A DNA stretch of 64,000 bases from Candidatus Babeliales bacterium. Lineage in GTDB: Bacteria; Babelota; Babeliae; Babelales; JANWKD01. The stretch is taken from assembly GCA_963701665.1 (NCBI GenBank), contig OY969622.1:288001-352000 (forward strand), in the 5' to 3' direction. The stretch's first letter is position 1. Each line of letters opens with the position of its first letter. This document shows, piece after piece, positions 1-9,070 of the stretch. Both the position numbers and the translations under genes were made by a program. The notes under the pieces are model-generated. The model made no database searches. It was given only the letters and a program-made list of their open reading frames with translations, and was not told the DNA's origin.

Positions 1-136
1 CTTTGTTTTCTTCTAGAGAAGCTTTAGGTGGTATTTTTTTCATTTTTTGCACAATCAGATCGCGTGGCGATTCTGCTTGTGTAAAAAAGGGTAACAAACA
101 AAGCTGGAATATGATTGGCAATAAGGATCTATTCAT
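1..136 (-). CDS. Partial (N-terminal) hypothetical secreted protein running off the left edge
   Basis: Hand translation from ATG at 136: MNRSLLPIIFQLCLLPFFTQAESPRDL..., open to the window edge, signal-peptide-like. Confidence 0.55.
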   Translation of the reverse strand, partial: MNRSLLPIIFQLCLLPFFTQAESPRDLIVQKMKKIPPKASLEENK

Positions 137-284
137 CGGTATCTTGATTATCATTTTTTAATTATAAGGTTTTATAACTGTTTTTTCAACAAATAATGAT
201 ATTTGAAAATTCAAAACTCTCTTTGCAACTATTGCCAAAGAATGCTCAAATTATTAATGCTAGGATCCAATAAGGAGATATATA

Positions 285-1988
285 ATGATACTTTTATTAG
301 TTTTTTCATTTCTCGCAGGCCTCGTGACGGTGCTTTCACCATGTATTTTACCCGTTTTGCCTTTGCTGCTGGCAGCAGGAGTTGGACAGGGCAAATATAG
401 GCCGTGGGGGATTATTATTGGCCTCATTATCAGTTTTTCATTTTTTACGCTTTCATTAACTGCGCTTGTACATTTCTTCGGCATTTCGCCAACGGTGCTG
501 CGTTATGCTGCAATAGTTTTTATGATTTTTTTCGGCTGTTCTTTGCTGTTTCCGAGTCTTGAACAATGGCTGACTCAGCACTCTGGCGGCATTGGCCGAC
601 TTGGCGATATGCTGCAGGCAAAATCTGCCTATTTTCAGTCTGGGTTTTTAAGCGGCTTTATAGTGGGGGTTGCTCTTGGACTTGTGTGGACGCCGTGTGC
701 AGGGCCGATTCTGGCTTCAATTACAACGCTCGCAGCAACGCGAGCGGTGACGCTCAATGCGATTTTAATTACCTTAGCCTATAGTTGTGGCGCGGCATTG
801 CCTATGTTTTTTATTATGTATGGCGGTAACAAGATTGTAGAATCAACGAAGTCTTTCTCACAGTATTCGGGAATCATTCGCGCCATTTTTGGTATTTTGA
901 TGATAGTGGGTGCTTTAAGTATCGCATTTCATGCCGATGTTTTGTTGCAACAATTTACCCTTGCCTATTTTCCGCACGTAACGCTTGATGAAAATCAGAC
1001 CGTTAAAAAAGAGCTACAAAAAATTTTACCGACTTCTTCATCTGGGGATGCATTGGGGCAAATGGCGCCAGACTTTGTTGGCATCAATGCATGGATTAAT
1101 ACTGAACCACTCCACATGGATGAACTGCGAGGCAAGGTAGTTCTTATCGATTTTTGGACGTACAGTTGCATCAATTGCGTGCGTACGTTGCCATTCATAA
1201 AACGCTGGTATGATGAATATCATGATAAAGGATTGGTGATCGTTGGTGTTCACACGCCAGAATTTGCTTTTGAACATGAGCTTAAAAATGTGCAGGATGC
1301 GGTGAAGCGTTTTGAGATTCGGTATCCTGTTGCTTTGGATAATGAATATAAAACCTGGCAAGCATATAATAACCATTATTGGCCCGCACATTTCCTTATT
1401 GATAAACAAGGCATCATTCGCGATCGCCATTTTGGCGAGGGCGCGTATGAACAAACGGAACAAACAATACGCGCGCTTTTAGGACTCGAGCGCAAAGAAA
1501 TTCAAGAGAAACATGAAGCGCGTGCCATGAGCCAAACGCCCGAACTTTATCTTGGGTATGCGCGCGCCAGAAATTATGTGCCCTCGTTGACCATTGAAAA
1601 GAATAAAACCGCGCGCTATGGCTACACCGGCACTTTAACTAATGATCACATTGGCTTGCAAGGCCCGTGGTTTGTCGATGCAGAATTTATCCGTTCTGAA
1701 AGTTCTGGAAATGATAGCAGGTTAGATCTTAATTTTATCGCTAATCGCGTCTACCTCGTTATGCAAGCGTCTTCTTCAAGTACGGTACATGTATTACTCG
1801 ATAATCAACCATTGCCATTACGCTACAAAACTACCGATGTGAATGAGCGGGGTGAGTTACAGGTGCATGAAGCGCGTATGTATGATCTAGTGAATTTACA
1901 AGGAAGTGATGGTCGACACACGCTGAGTTTGATAGTACCGCAAGGAGTTTCATTATTTGCCTTTACCTTTGGTTCCGGACAACAATAA
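285..1988 (+). CDS. dipZ: Cytochrome c biogenesis protein DipZ (CcdA/DsbD membrane domain + thioredoxin + C-terminal domain)
   Basis: LSPCILPVLP and WTPCAGPIL in the membrane domain; DFWTYSCINC thioredoxin motif; GVHTPEFAFE; TPELYLGY. Confidence 0.92.
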   Translation: MILLLVFSFLAGLVTVLSPCILPVLPLLLAAGVGQGKYRPWGIIIGLIISFSFFTLSLTALVHFFGISPTVLRYAAIVFMIFFGCSLLFPSLEQWLTQHSGGIGRLGDMLQAKSAYFQSGFLSGFIVGVALGLVWTPCAGPILASITTLAATRAVTLNAILITLAYSCGAALPMFFIMYGGNKIVESTKSFSQYSGIIRAIFGILMIVGALSIAFHADVLLQQFTLAYFPHVTLDENQTVKKELQKILPTSSSGDALGQMAPDFVGINAWINTEPLHMDELRGKVVLIDFWTYSCINCVRTLPFIKRWYDEYHDKGLVIVGVHTPEFAFEHELKNVQDAVKRFEIRYPVALDNEYKTWQAYNNHYWPAHFLIDKQGIIRDRHFGEGAYEQTEQTIRALLGLERKEIQEKHEARAMSQTPELYLGYARARNYVPSLTIEKNKTARYGYTGTLTNDHIGLQGPWFVDAEFIRSESSGNDSRLDLNFIANRVYLVMQASSSSTVHVLLDNQPLPLRYKTTDVNERGELQVHEARMYDLVNLQGSDGRHTLSLIVPQGVSLFAFTFGSGQQ

Positions 1989-2039
1989 AGAACAAAATAG
2001 AGGCAGACCCCAATGAAAAACTAAAAAAGAGGTGTGCTT

Positions 2040-2303
2040 ATGAAACATATGATACTTGGTATGCTGTGCCTTGTGAGCGTTAACACGCTCCTAGGTATGG
2101 GAGCTGCGGTTCAGCAAATCTATAAGGATCGGGTACAAAATCAATCATCAATAAGGCAGCGTAATGATTCTGATGAACATGACATTTGGACAGGATTGGG
2201 TATTGCTACTATTGAAGCTTTAAAGTCTTTATCATGGCTATGCCATGCTGAACCGACCGATAAAAAAAGGTACAAAAGATCTGTAAGTACTAAATTTGAA
2301 TGA
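2040..2303 (+). CDS. Small hypothetical secreted protein
   Basis: GAGGTG RBS before ATG 2040; signal-peptide-like N-terminus. Confidence 0.6.
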   Translation: MKHMILGMLCLVSVNTLLGMGAAVQQIYKDRVQNQSSIRQRNDSDEHDIWTGLGIATIEALKSLSWLCHAEPTDKKRYKRSVSTKFE

Positions 2304-2393
2304 TGCATCTGATTTGCTACGTAGATCGACATTTTTGACCTACATGCTATACTGACTAAAAAAATAATGTTACCTACCTACAAAGAGGATTAC

Positions 2394-3110
2394 ATGATTA
2401 CCATAAAAAAAATCGCAGCGCTTGTTTTTTTAGCGGTAGGTGCTGCAACAATCGATGCACGCCCCGTTACTAAAAGAGTCGTTACATTCGCATTTCAGCA
2501 TGTTATGGCTACCCAACAAAAAGGCACCATGCTTAAAAAAATTGCGCAACTTTTTTCACGTCAGCAATGGTCTGAGTTGCCAATGAGCATGAAAGTGTTA
2601 ACAGTCTGCTTATATCGTTATATGACGCATAAAGTTTCACTCAAACAACTCATGGATGAAAATCCATACCTATTAAAATATAAAGATGATATCTACAATT
2701 TAATTACGCTGGATGTACCAAAACAAGACATGCTCGATCTGTTGAAAAAACTTAAAGACGATGGAGTTATTCTCATTTTAGCAACCAGTAAATCACAAGA
2801 AGTGATTGAATTGCTCAAGACAATGTATCCAGAATTATTTGCACCATTCGATGTCTTATATTATGGTCCCGATAATCAGGGCCATAAACCAGACAACGAG
2901 TTTTTTGTTGGTTTGCGTAAAATAGTGAATCAATTGGCTGATATTACCATTAAAGAAGAATATGTATACGTTGATGCTCACAAAAAAAATTGTGAGGCCG
3001 CTCAGCATGCTGATTATAATGTTCGTACCATTACCTTCCAATCGGCACAAAAGTTAGAAGAAAATCTCAGAGCATGGGGTTATTTTTCAGATGAGCAAGC
3101 GATAGCATAA
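2394..3110 (+). CDS. Secreted HAD-superfamily hydrolase-like protein, catalytic Asp apparently lost
   Basis: Signal peptide; motif II LILATS, motif III HKPD, motif IV YVDAHKKNCEAA; motif I reads VVTFAFQHV; GAGGA RBS before ATG 2394. Confidence 0.7.
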   Translation: MITIKKIAALVFLAVGAATIDARPVTKRVVTFAFQHVMATQQKGTMLKKIAQLFSRQQWSELPMSMKVLTVCLYRYMTHKVSLKQLMDENPYLLKYKDDIYNLITLDVPKQDMLDLLKKLKDDGVILILATSKSQEVIELLKTMYPELFAPFDVLYYGPDNQGHKPDNEFFVGLRKIVNQLADITIKEEYVYVDAHKKNCEAAQHADYNVRTITFQSAQKLEENLRAWGYFSDEQAIA

Positions 3111-3131
3111 CGCACGAATACGTTTTTAATG

Positions 3132-3161
3132 AAGCCCCGGAACATTCCGGGGCTTTTTTTT
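3132..3161 (+). terminator. Rho-independent terminator
   Basis: aagccccggaa-ca-ttccggggctt followed by a T-run, just after the 3110 stop. Confidence 0.85.
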
Positions 3162-3284
3162 GGCAAAAATCAGGGGGGTTTTAGAAAAAGAGCTGCTTGT
3201 ATAAATCTTGAGATAAAGTATAATAGAATATATTATATGAGAGGTTTCTCCAGGGCTTTACCTGGTTTGAAGGGGGTTATTTCG

Positions 3285-3839
3285 GTGAATTTCAAGAAAA
3301 TTATAGGTATATTGATAGTTTCTATCTGTATTGCTAATTCTGCACAAGGTATGGAAACCCTACAAGAATTGGCAAGCAATAGGGTTGTGCGGGCGGGTAT
3401 GATTATGGGTCTAGGAGCCGCTGTCAGTGCTGGTTCATATCATATTAGTCGCAACATTATGAAAGATAACGGAGACACATTGCCCAATGCTCAAACGGGA
3501 GCATTACATGGAGTATTATGCTTATTGCCCGTTAGTTTATACGTTTTATGCAAATCTTCTTGTCCAGAATTTTCCCTTAAAAAATGGTCATTGCTTACCG
3601 GGGCTCTAGCATTATCCCACACAGTTCCCATGCTCTGTAACCTTAGAGATAAAGGTGAGCATGACGATAATGAATTTATCAAGAGGCATCTTCCCAATTA
3701 TATTTGGGGAAAAAACAATGCAATAACTGACGAAAATCATACATTACACAAGAAAAAGAAAGAAAATATTTGGTGGGGTCATGGAACAAGTTATCTTGCA
3801 ATGGGCATTTTGAAAATCTATGATCTATTGCCCTTTTAA
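3285..3839 (+). CDS. Hypothetical secreted/membrane protein (tandem trio, member 1)
   Basis: GTG 3285 after GGGGG RBS; signal peptide ending AQG-MET; weak similarity to the next two ORFs. Confidence 0.7.
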   Translation: MNFKKIIGILIVSICIANSAQGMETLQELASNRVVRAGMIMGLGAAVSAGSYHISRNIMKDNGDTLPNAQTGALHGVLCLLPVSLYVLCKSSCPEFSLKKWSLLTGALALSHTVPMLCNLRDKGEHDDNEFIKRHLPNYIWGKNNAITDENHTLHKKKKENIWWGHGTSYLAMGILKIYDLLPF

Positions 3840-3853
3840 TAATGGAGAGTCCG

Positions 3854-4417
3854 ATGAAATTAAAAAAAATTTTATTTACCCTTACTTTCTCAATTTGTTT
3901 TTCTAATGCTGTTTATGGCATGGAGCTCGTTAAGGATATTGTCAAAAACGAGGTTTTGCCTGCGGCAGCTATTGTGGCAACGGGGGCAGCTTTGAGTGTA
4001 GCATCTGATTATCTGTTTTGCGCAGCTGACCGTTGGTATCGTCCAAACACGCAATTTGCATCGCCAAAAGTAAACATACCGGAATCTCTTTTTGAAGGGG
4101 CACTACTATCCCTACCTATCGTAGGCTTTGCTCGCTTTGGCTTCTCTACACCTTATCCTTACGCGAATAATGTATCTAAGTTAGCCTTAATGGGCGGAAG
4201 TATGTTTGCGGTTCTTAGTGCGCTTTGGATAAGTACTGATAAGACGGTCGATGCTAGAATAATATCCTACCCAGCCCTGGTAGTTACAGAGGAAGCGAGA
4301 ATTTTTACAGAAAGTGATTATTCTACGAGAAGGAAGCTGCGGTTGATTAAAGCTGCATCGATGCTATCTCTAGGCTTAGGTTATGATCTTGATCAAGGTG
4401 GTTGGTGGAACAGGTAA
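3854..4417 (+). CDS. Hypothetical secreted/membrane protein (tandem trio, member 2)
   Basis: GGAG RBS; first ~46 aa nearly identical to the next ORF (LVKDIVKNEVLPAA). Confidence 0.8.
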   Translation: MKLKKILFTLTFSICFSNAVYGMELVKDIVKNEVLPAAAIVATGAALSVASDYLFCAADRWYRPNTQFASPKVNIPESLFEGALLSLPIVGFARFGFSTPYPYANNVSKLALMGGSMFAVLSALWISTDKTVDARIISYPALVVTEEARIFTESDYSTRRKLRLIKAASMLSLGLGYDLDQGGWWNR

Positions 4418-4427
4418 GGGAAATCTC

Positions 4428-4964
4428 ATGAATTTAAAAAAAATTTTATTTACACTCGCATTCTTATTCTGTTTTTCTAGCGCTGTTCATGGCATGGACC
4501 TCGTTAAAGATATTGTCAAAAACGAGGTTTTGCCTGCTGCAACTATTATTGCAACTGGCGCTGCTTTAGGCGCAGCTTCAAATATCGTGTATAATACAAT
4601 TAATCATTTGACAAGCAATCAAATATATAACTTTAAGAGCCCAACTTTGAAAGAATCAATCTTAAGAGGAGCTGCATTATCCTTACCAATAGTGTTACGG
4701 GCGCGCTTAATGTCCGATGAACCTTACCCTCAAATAAGCCCATTAAAGTTTGCCGTACTTACAGGAGCTTCATGTTCGGCTTTTATAGGTCTTTATGCTA
4801 TACACAATAATTATCATGAAAGAGATTTAGCATTTCAAGGAGATGCTGATTTGATTACTCGTACTGTTCGATCGGATTTAGATATTTTTAAAACACAGGT
4901 ACGTGCAATTCAAGCATTTACAGCAGCAGCGATCTTCTTTGGTTATCCTTGGATGACAAGATAA
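4428..4964 (+). CDS. Hypothetical secreted/membrane protein (tandem trio, member 3)
   Basis: Shares its N-terminus and the ES(L/I)xxGAxLSLPIV segment with 3854..4417. Confidence 0.8.
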   Translation: MNLKKILFTLAFLFCFSSAVHGMDLVKDIVKNEVLPAATIIATGAALGAASNIVYNTINHLTSNQIYNFKSPTLKESILRGAALSLPIVLRARLMSDEPYPQISPLKFAVLTGASCSAFIGLYAIHNNYHERDLAFQGDADLITRTVRSDLDIFKTQVRAIQAFTAAAIFFGYPWMTR

Positions 4965-4992
4965 ATTCCTCCAATCAGTTTTAAGGAACAAC

Positions 4993-5754
4993 ATGTTTTT
5001 AAAAACGAAACTTACTATTTTAATAACAAGCTTATTCCTAAGTTCAATGCTCTATGCTGATGATGCGATGCCTCAAGCAGCATCAGACGATGAAATTCTT
5101 GTTGCAATGTTTGATTGGCATCATGTTGTGGTTGGACCACAAATTTTAAAGGTAGTGAAATGTGGTGGCGGTATTCTTATGTATAACTTAGATGATATAG
5201 GTAATCTCACCATATCTGGGTTAGGTATTTTGGGTAAAAGTCTTGAAGGTGAGAAACTTTCCATTGAATACATCATTAAGAAATTTCCAAGTTTAGCTCC
5301 TTATGAAGATGCTATGTATGAGTGCCAGAATCAGCTGGAAGAACCTATTGAAGAAACAATCAATGCTATTAATCAGATGAAAAGGCGGGGTGTTGTTCTT
5401 GTTTTAGCTTCTAATATGAGCGAGAGGCAATATGAAAATTATAAAAAAACAAAAAAAGCCCGATTGCTCGAATTATTCGATATTCATCATATTGCAAATG
5501 AAGAAAACGGTGAAAAACCCAATAAAAAATATTATGTAACTGCTCGCGCAAAAGTGGATAAAGAAGTATGCGATGATAAAGAAGAATGCACCAAGAGAAT
5601 ACGAGCAGTGTTTACTGATGATTTACAAGAAAATATCGATGGTGCACATCAAGCAGATGTTGGCATTGATGCATTCTTATTTAACAGAGGCACTGTAGAA
5701 AAAGAATTCGAGCGCCGAGGTTTTTTCAAACGAGCGCCATCAGAAGAACAATAA
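4993..5754 (+). CDS. Secreted HAD-superfamily hydrolase-like protein
   Basis: Signal peptide; VAMFDWHHV (motif I variant), LVLASN, EKP, FTDDLQENIDGA. Confidence 0.75.
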   Translation: MFLKTKLTILITSLFLSSMLYADDAMPQAASDDEILVAMFDWHHVVVGPQILKVVKCGGGILMYNLDDIGNLTISGLGILGKSLEGEKLSIEYIIKKFPSLAPYEDAMYECQNQLEEPIEETINAINQMKRRGVVLVLASNMSERQYENYKKTKKARLLELFDIHHIANEENGEKPNKKYYVTARAKVDKEVCDDKEECTKRIRAVFTDDLQENIDGAHQADVGIDAFLFNRGTVEKEFERRGFFKRAPSEEQ

Positions 5755-5757
5755 TCC

Positions 5758-7206
5758 ATGAACGTACGCTATTACATTTTATTCGCGCTCGTTTTCTATG
5801 GTGTCGGTAACGCGCGGCAAGAATTAGTTGTATCCCGTTCCCCATTTTTACAATGGGACTGGCAAAAAATTGCTTGTGATCGTTCTGATTTTTTAGAAAA
5901 TCTTCAATTTCCAACTTCATTTCAATTCGGTGTTGCTACTTCAGCATATCAACTTGAAGGGCCCTATCTTTATGATGATATCATTGCGCCCGATACATGG
6001 ATCGATTGGGAAAATCAATCTGGGCATATCAAAGATGGACAAAAAGTTGGCCATGCATGTGATCATTGGCATCATTGGCGCGATGATATAGCACTCGTTA
6101 AAGAATGCGGCTTTGATTCATACCGTTTCTCGATCCCATGGAGCAAAATAGAACGACAAGAGGGTGTGTTTGATGAAAAGGTCATGGAACATTATGGCGA
6201 CATGGTTGACGAACTTTTAACACAAGGCATCAAACCGATTATTATGCTCTGGCATCATACATCACCGCGATGGTTTGAACAAAAAGGCGGTTTTAAAAAA
6301 GCAAAAAATATTCAGTATTTTGTGCGTTTCGCCTTATATGTTTTTGATCATCTCTATCCGCGTGTTACAACATGGATGACGATCAATGAACCATCCGGTT
6401 ATGCATTCGAAGGTTTCTTCCGAGGGCATTATCCACCGGGCAAAAAAAATCTCAAACTTGCGGGCAAAGTGCTGCTCAACTTTCTTGATGCGCACGCTGC
6501 CGTCTATTATGCATTCAAAAAACGCGCGCATGGGCTTAAAGAACGCGTGCCTCAAGATACTGCTGCACTCGCCATAGGGTTAGCGCACGTTATTCAACCA
6601 TTAGATCCCTATCACGCGTGGAATCCATTTGAAAAAACGGTAGCACATCTTTTTGATCAGCTGCTTAACAAAGTGACTATTTCCTATTTTAAAACTGGCA
6701 ACTTTGTGTGGGGCTTTCCTGGCTGGACACTCGTTCAGGCCAAAAATTCCGCCATCAAACACTCGTTAGATTTTATTGGCATTAATTATTATTCGCACTC
6801 GACACTCAAATTACAGTATCAAATCGCGCAACCATTCAATACCGTGCCTCATCCTCATGAGTGTGTTACTGAAAAAGGGAATGTTATTTATCCTGAAGGG
6901 TTATACCGTGCCATTGAGCGCTGCGCAGTGCTTGGTGTGCCGTTATATGTAACAGAAAATGGTGTTGCCGATGGTGCTGACACGCAAAAGGATCTTTTTA
7001 TCAGAAAACATCTCTTTGTTGTTGCGCAAGCTCTACAACATGGTTATGACATTCGAGGGTATACCTATTGGACGCTCATGGATAATTGGGAATGGTGCGA
7101 GGGGTATTATCAAAAGTTCGGTTTATATCACGTTGATTTTGTGACGCAAGTGCGTACGCTGCGCGATGGCGCAAAGCCATTTATATTATTTTTGAAAAGC
7201 AGATAG
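5758..7206 (+). CDS. Glycoside hydrolase family 1 (beta-glucosidase), probably exported
   Basis: FGVATSAYQLEG, YRFSIPWSKI, TINEP acid/base, VTENG nucleophile, WTLMDNWEW. Confidence 0.93.
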   Translation: MNVRYYILFALVFYGVGNARQELVVSRSPFLQWDWQKIACDRSDFLENLQFPTSFQFGVATSAYQLEGPYLYDDIIAPDTWIDWENQSGHIKDGQKVGHACDHWHHWRDDIALVKECGFDSYRFSIPWSKIERQEGVFDEKVMEHYGDMVDELLTQGIKPIIMLWHHTSPRWFEQKGGFKKAKNIQYFVRFALYVFDHLYPRVTTWMTINEPSGYAFEGFFRGHYPPGKKNLKLAGKVLLNFLDAHAAVYYAFKKRAHGLKERVPQDTAALAIGLAHVIQPLDPYHAWNPFEKTVAHLFDQLLNKVTISYFKTGNFVWGFPGWTLVQAKNSAIKHSLDFIGINYYSHSTLKLQYQIAQPFNTVPHPHECVTEKGNVIYPEGLYRAIERCAVLGVPLYVTENGVADGADTQKDLFIRKHLFVVAQALQHGYDIRGYTYWTLMDNWEWCEGYYQKFGLYHVDFVTQVRTLRDGAKPFILFLKSR

Positions 7207-7291
7207 TCTTACTATTGAATAATATGCGTAGTGTTTCATAGAATAAATTAAATTATTAGGAAATCTCTTTGAATATAATTGAGGTGTACTG

Positions 7292-7489
7292 ATGACCAAA
7301 CTGCATCCAAAATATGTTTATGATCAAGATGAGAAAGTTGGCGTTATACTTTCGATCGATGAATTTGAATATTTGCTTGATGAATTGGAGAATGTGCATG
7401 ATTATGAATTGATTCGGGTCAGGAAATTAAATAAAGAAAAAACTTATACATTGGCTGAGGTTAAAGCTTCCTTATCTGGGAAAAAATGA
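7292..7489 (+). CDS. Putative antitoxin (type II TA)
   Basis: 65 aa, acidic centre, ATGA overlap with the downstream RelE-like gene; GAGGTG RBS. Confidence 0.75.
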   Translation: MTKLHPKYVYDQDEKVGVILSIDEFEYLLDELENVHDYELIRVRKLNKEKTYTLAEVKASLSGKK

Positions 7490-7770
7490 GTTTGGACAAT
7501 TATTTAAGAAATTATACGATCATTTTTACTGAATCAGCAAAAAAAGATTTAAAAAAAATTGATAGATCAATTAGTAAGATAATTGAGAAAAAAATTGAGC
7601 AACTTACATTGCATAGTGATCGTTTAGATATAAAAAAATTAGTTGGTTTCAAAGATCCTACCTATAGATTACGTATTAATGATTATAGAGTAATCTATGA
7701 AATCAAAAATGATGAAATAGTGATTTTGGTGATAGCTATAAAACATAGAAAAGATGTGTATAAGATTTAG
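7486..7770 (+). CDS. relE: RelE/ParE family toxin
   Basis: YTIIFTESAKKDLKK, KKLVG, YRLRINDYRVIYEI, VIAIKHRKDVY. Confidence 0.88.
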   Translation: MSLDNYLRNYTIIFTESAKKDLKKIDRSISKIIEKKIEQLTLHSDRLDIKKLVGFKDPTYRLRINDYRVIYEIKNDEIVILVIAIKHRKDVYKI

Positions 7771-7778
7771 GATAAATA

Positions 7779-7925
7779 ATGTCAGCTCAAAAAACAAAAA
7801 AAATAAAGCCAAAATATATAAAAAATGAAAAAGGTAAAACGACCGAAGTATATCTTGATTTAGAAACATTTCATGAAATTATCGCAAGATTAACAAATTT
7901 TAAAAAGAAGCTTAACCAAAAATAG
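7779..7925 (+). CDS. 48-aa antitoxin-like small protein (not in ORF track)
   Basis: Hand translation MSAQKTKKIKPKYIKNEKGKTTEVYLDLETFHEIIARLTNFKKKLNQK; resembles the N-terminus of 7292..7489 (PKYVYDQDEKVGVILSIDEF). Confidence 0.55.
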   Translation: MSAQKTKKIKPKYIKNEKGKTTEVYLDLETFHEIIARLTNFKKKLNQK

Positions 7926-8022
7926 TGCTTAATGTTCTTCGCTTATTGGCATCTGTTAGGATTATGCAGTAGGTAAGAGAAAAAATTATTGGGAAATTAG
8001 AGGCAATTGCACCACAACTCCA

Positions 8023-8145
8023 TCAATTATTTTGTAGATGTTTATAATCTTCTTCGTCATATTCAGATTCCCATTCATTGAGAATATCTACTAAAATTTG
8101 TAAGTAAGCTTCATCGTAATTGCTAGCTGCTGTGATATTTTTCAT
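8023..8145 (-). CDS. 40-aa acidic small protein, antitoxin C-terminus-like (not in ORF track)
   Basis: GAGG RBS; MKNITAASNYDEAYLQILVDILNEWESEYDEEDYKHLQNN; LxEWxSxxDEExY pattern. Confidence 0.5.
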   Translation of the reverse strand: MKNITAASNYDEAYLQILVDILNEWESEYDEEDYKHLQNN

Positions 8146-8278
8146 TCTTTCCTCTTCGACAGAAATATACTTTATGAAATAATAACATCAAATAATGATA
8201 TTTTAAAGGTTGAATTTATTAAAATCATTGTTACTATTGATATAAAAATTCGTTTAAATTTTAGAAAGTTTTTATCGT

Positions 8279-8749
8279 ATGTTGAAATTCTATAAAAAAT
8301 TATTGTTTGTTTCTTGTATGGCGTTAACGTTTGCATCAGCTATGGAAACACAGGTAGCGCAGAAAGAATTTGATCTTGACAAGGAAATTTGGACTATTGT
8401 GCTTGACAAGGTGAAACCTACAAAAATAACTGATGTGGATTCGCTTATTACAACCTGGGTTACTTATTCCAATTTTGCACAAATAAGCAAAAAGCATAAG
8501 GAAATATTTTATGATTTTATAAAATTAGAGCATGATGTTATTTATGCACAAAAACCACCAGAGCACATTAAAGTAGATTTGAATAGTGCTTTACTTATTA
8601 GCTTGTCACCAGATGATTCAAAACATGATGACCAACTAACAAAGTTAAAAGAAAAAATTAAAAAAAGAGAAATTAATGTTTTGCCTTATTTTCATGAATA
8701 TGCGACTTGGTTAATTTTGTTATCGGAGGCGCATTCTAACAAACAATAA
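8279..8749 (+). CDS. Hypothetical secreted protein
   Basis: Signal peptide ending ASA-MET; 156-aa ORF. Confidence 0.7.
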   Translation: MLKFYKKLLFVSCMALTFASAMETQVAQKEFDLDKEIWTIVLDKVKPTKITDVDSLITTWVTYSNFAQISKKHKEIFYDFIKLEHDVIYAQKPPEHIKVDLNSALLISLSPDDSKHDDQLTKLKEKIKKREINVLPYFHEYATWLILLSEAHSNKQ

Positions 8750-8846
8750 ATAGGAAGAAAAGATTTTAAGGAATCTTGCAAACGCTAAGTACCTCCTTTT
8801 ATAGTAAAAACACGTAAGTGAATTACTATAAAAAAAGGAGTAAGCA

Positions 8847-9062
8847 ATGGCTTTTCATTTCCGTTCTTTAAATGACACACAAAAGGGGATTATCTGTTTA
8901 ATAGTTGGTCTTCTTATTGTGCTGTACGCATTCAACTTTTTCCAACGATGGCTCAATGTTATCGTTATCGGCGGTGCACTATGCCTTATCTTCTATGGCT
9001 GCATGAAACTTGGCTGGGTTGATAAAATCAAACAGATGATCGAAGGTAAAAAAAGACGTTAA
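8847..9062 (+). CDS. Small two-TM membrane protein
   Basis: AAGGAG RBS; two hydrophobic helices and a basic tail. Confidence 0.75.
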   Translation: MAFHFRSLNDTQKGIICLIVGLLIVLYAFNFFQRWLNVIVIGGALCLIFYGCMKLGWVDKIKQMIEGKKRR

Positions 9063-9070
9063 TACACTCG

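Noticed and set aside
3129..3284. N-terminal extension of the ORF-track call 3129..3839 (similarly 16610, 41186, 48760, 52779)
   Set aside because: The extensions cross terminators or intergenic DNA; downstream starts have an RBS, a signal peptide or paralog support.
8793..8841. Anti-SD hairpin (ctccttttatagtaa / ttactataaaaaaaggag) suggesting a type I toxin or RNA thermometer for 8847..9062
   Set aside because: The 5' arm overlaps a likely -10 box (ttgcaa-18 nt-tatagt), so it may not be transcribed; no antisense RNA evidence.
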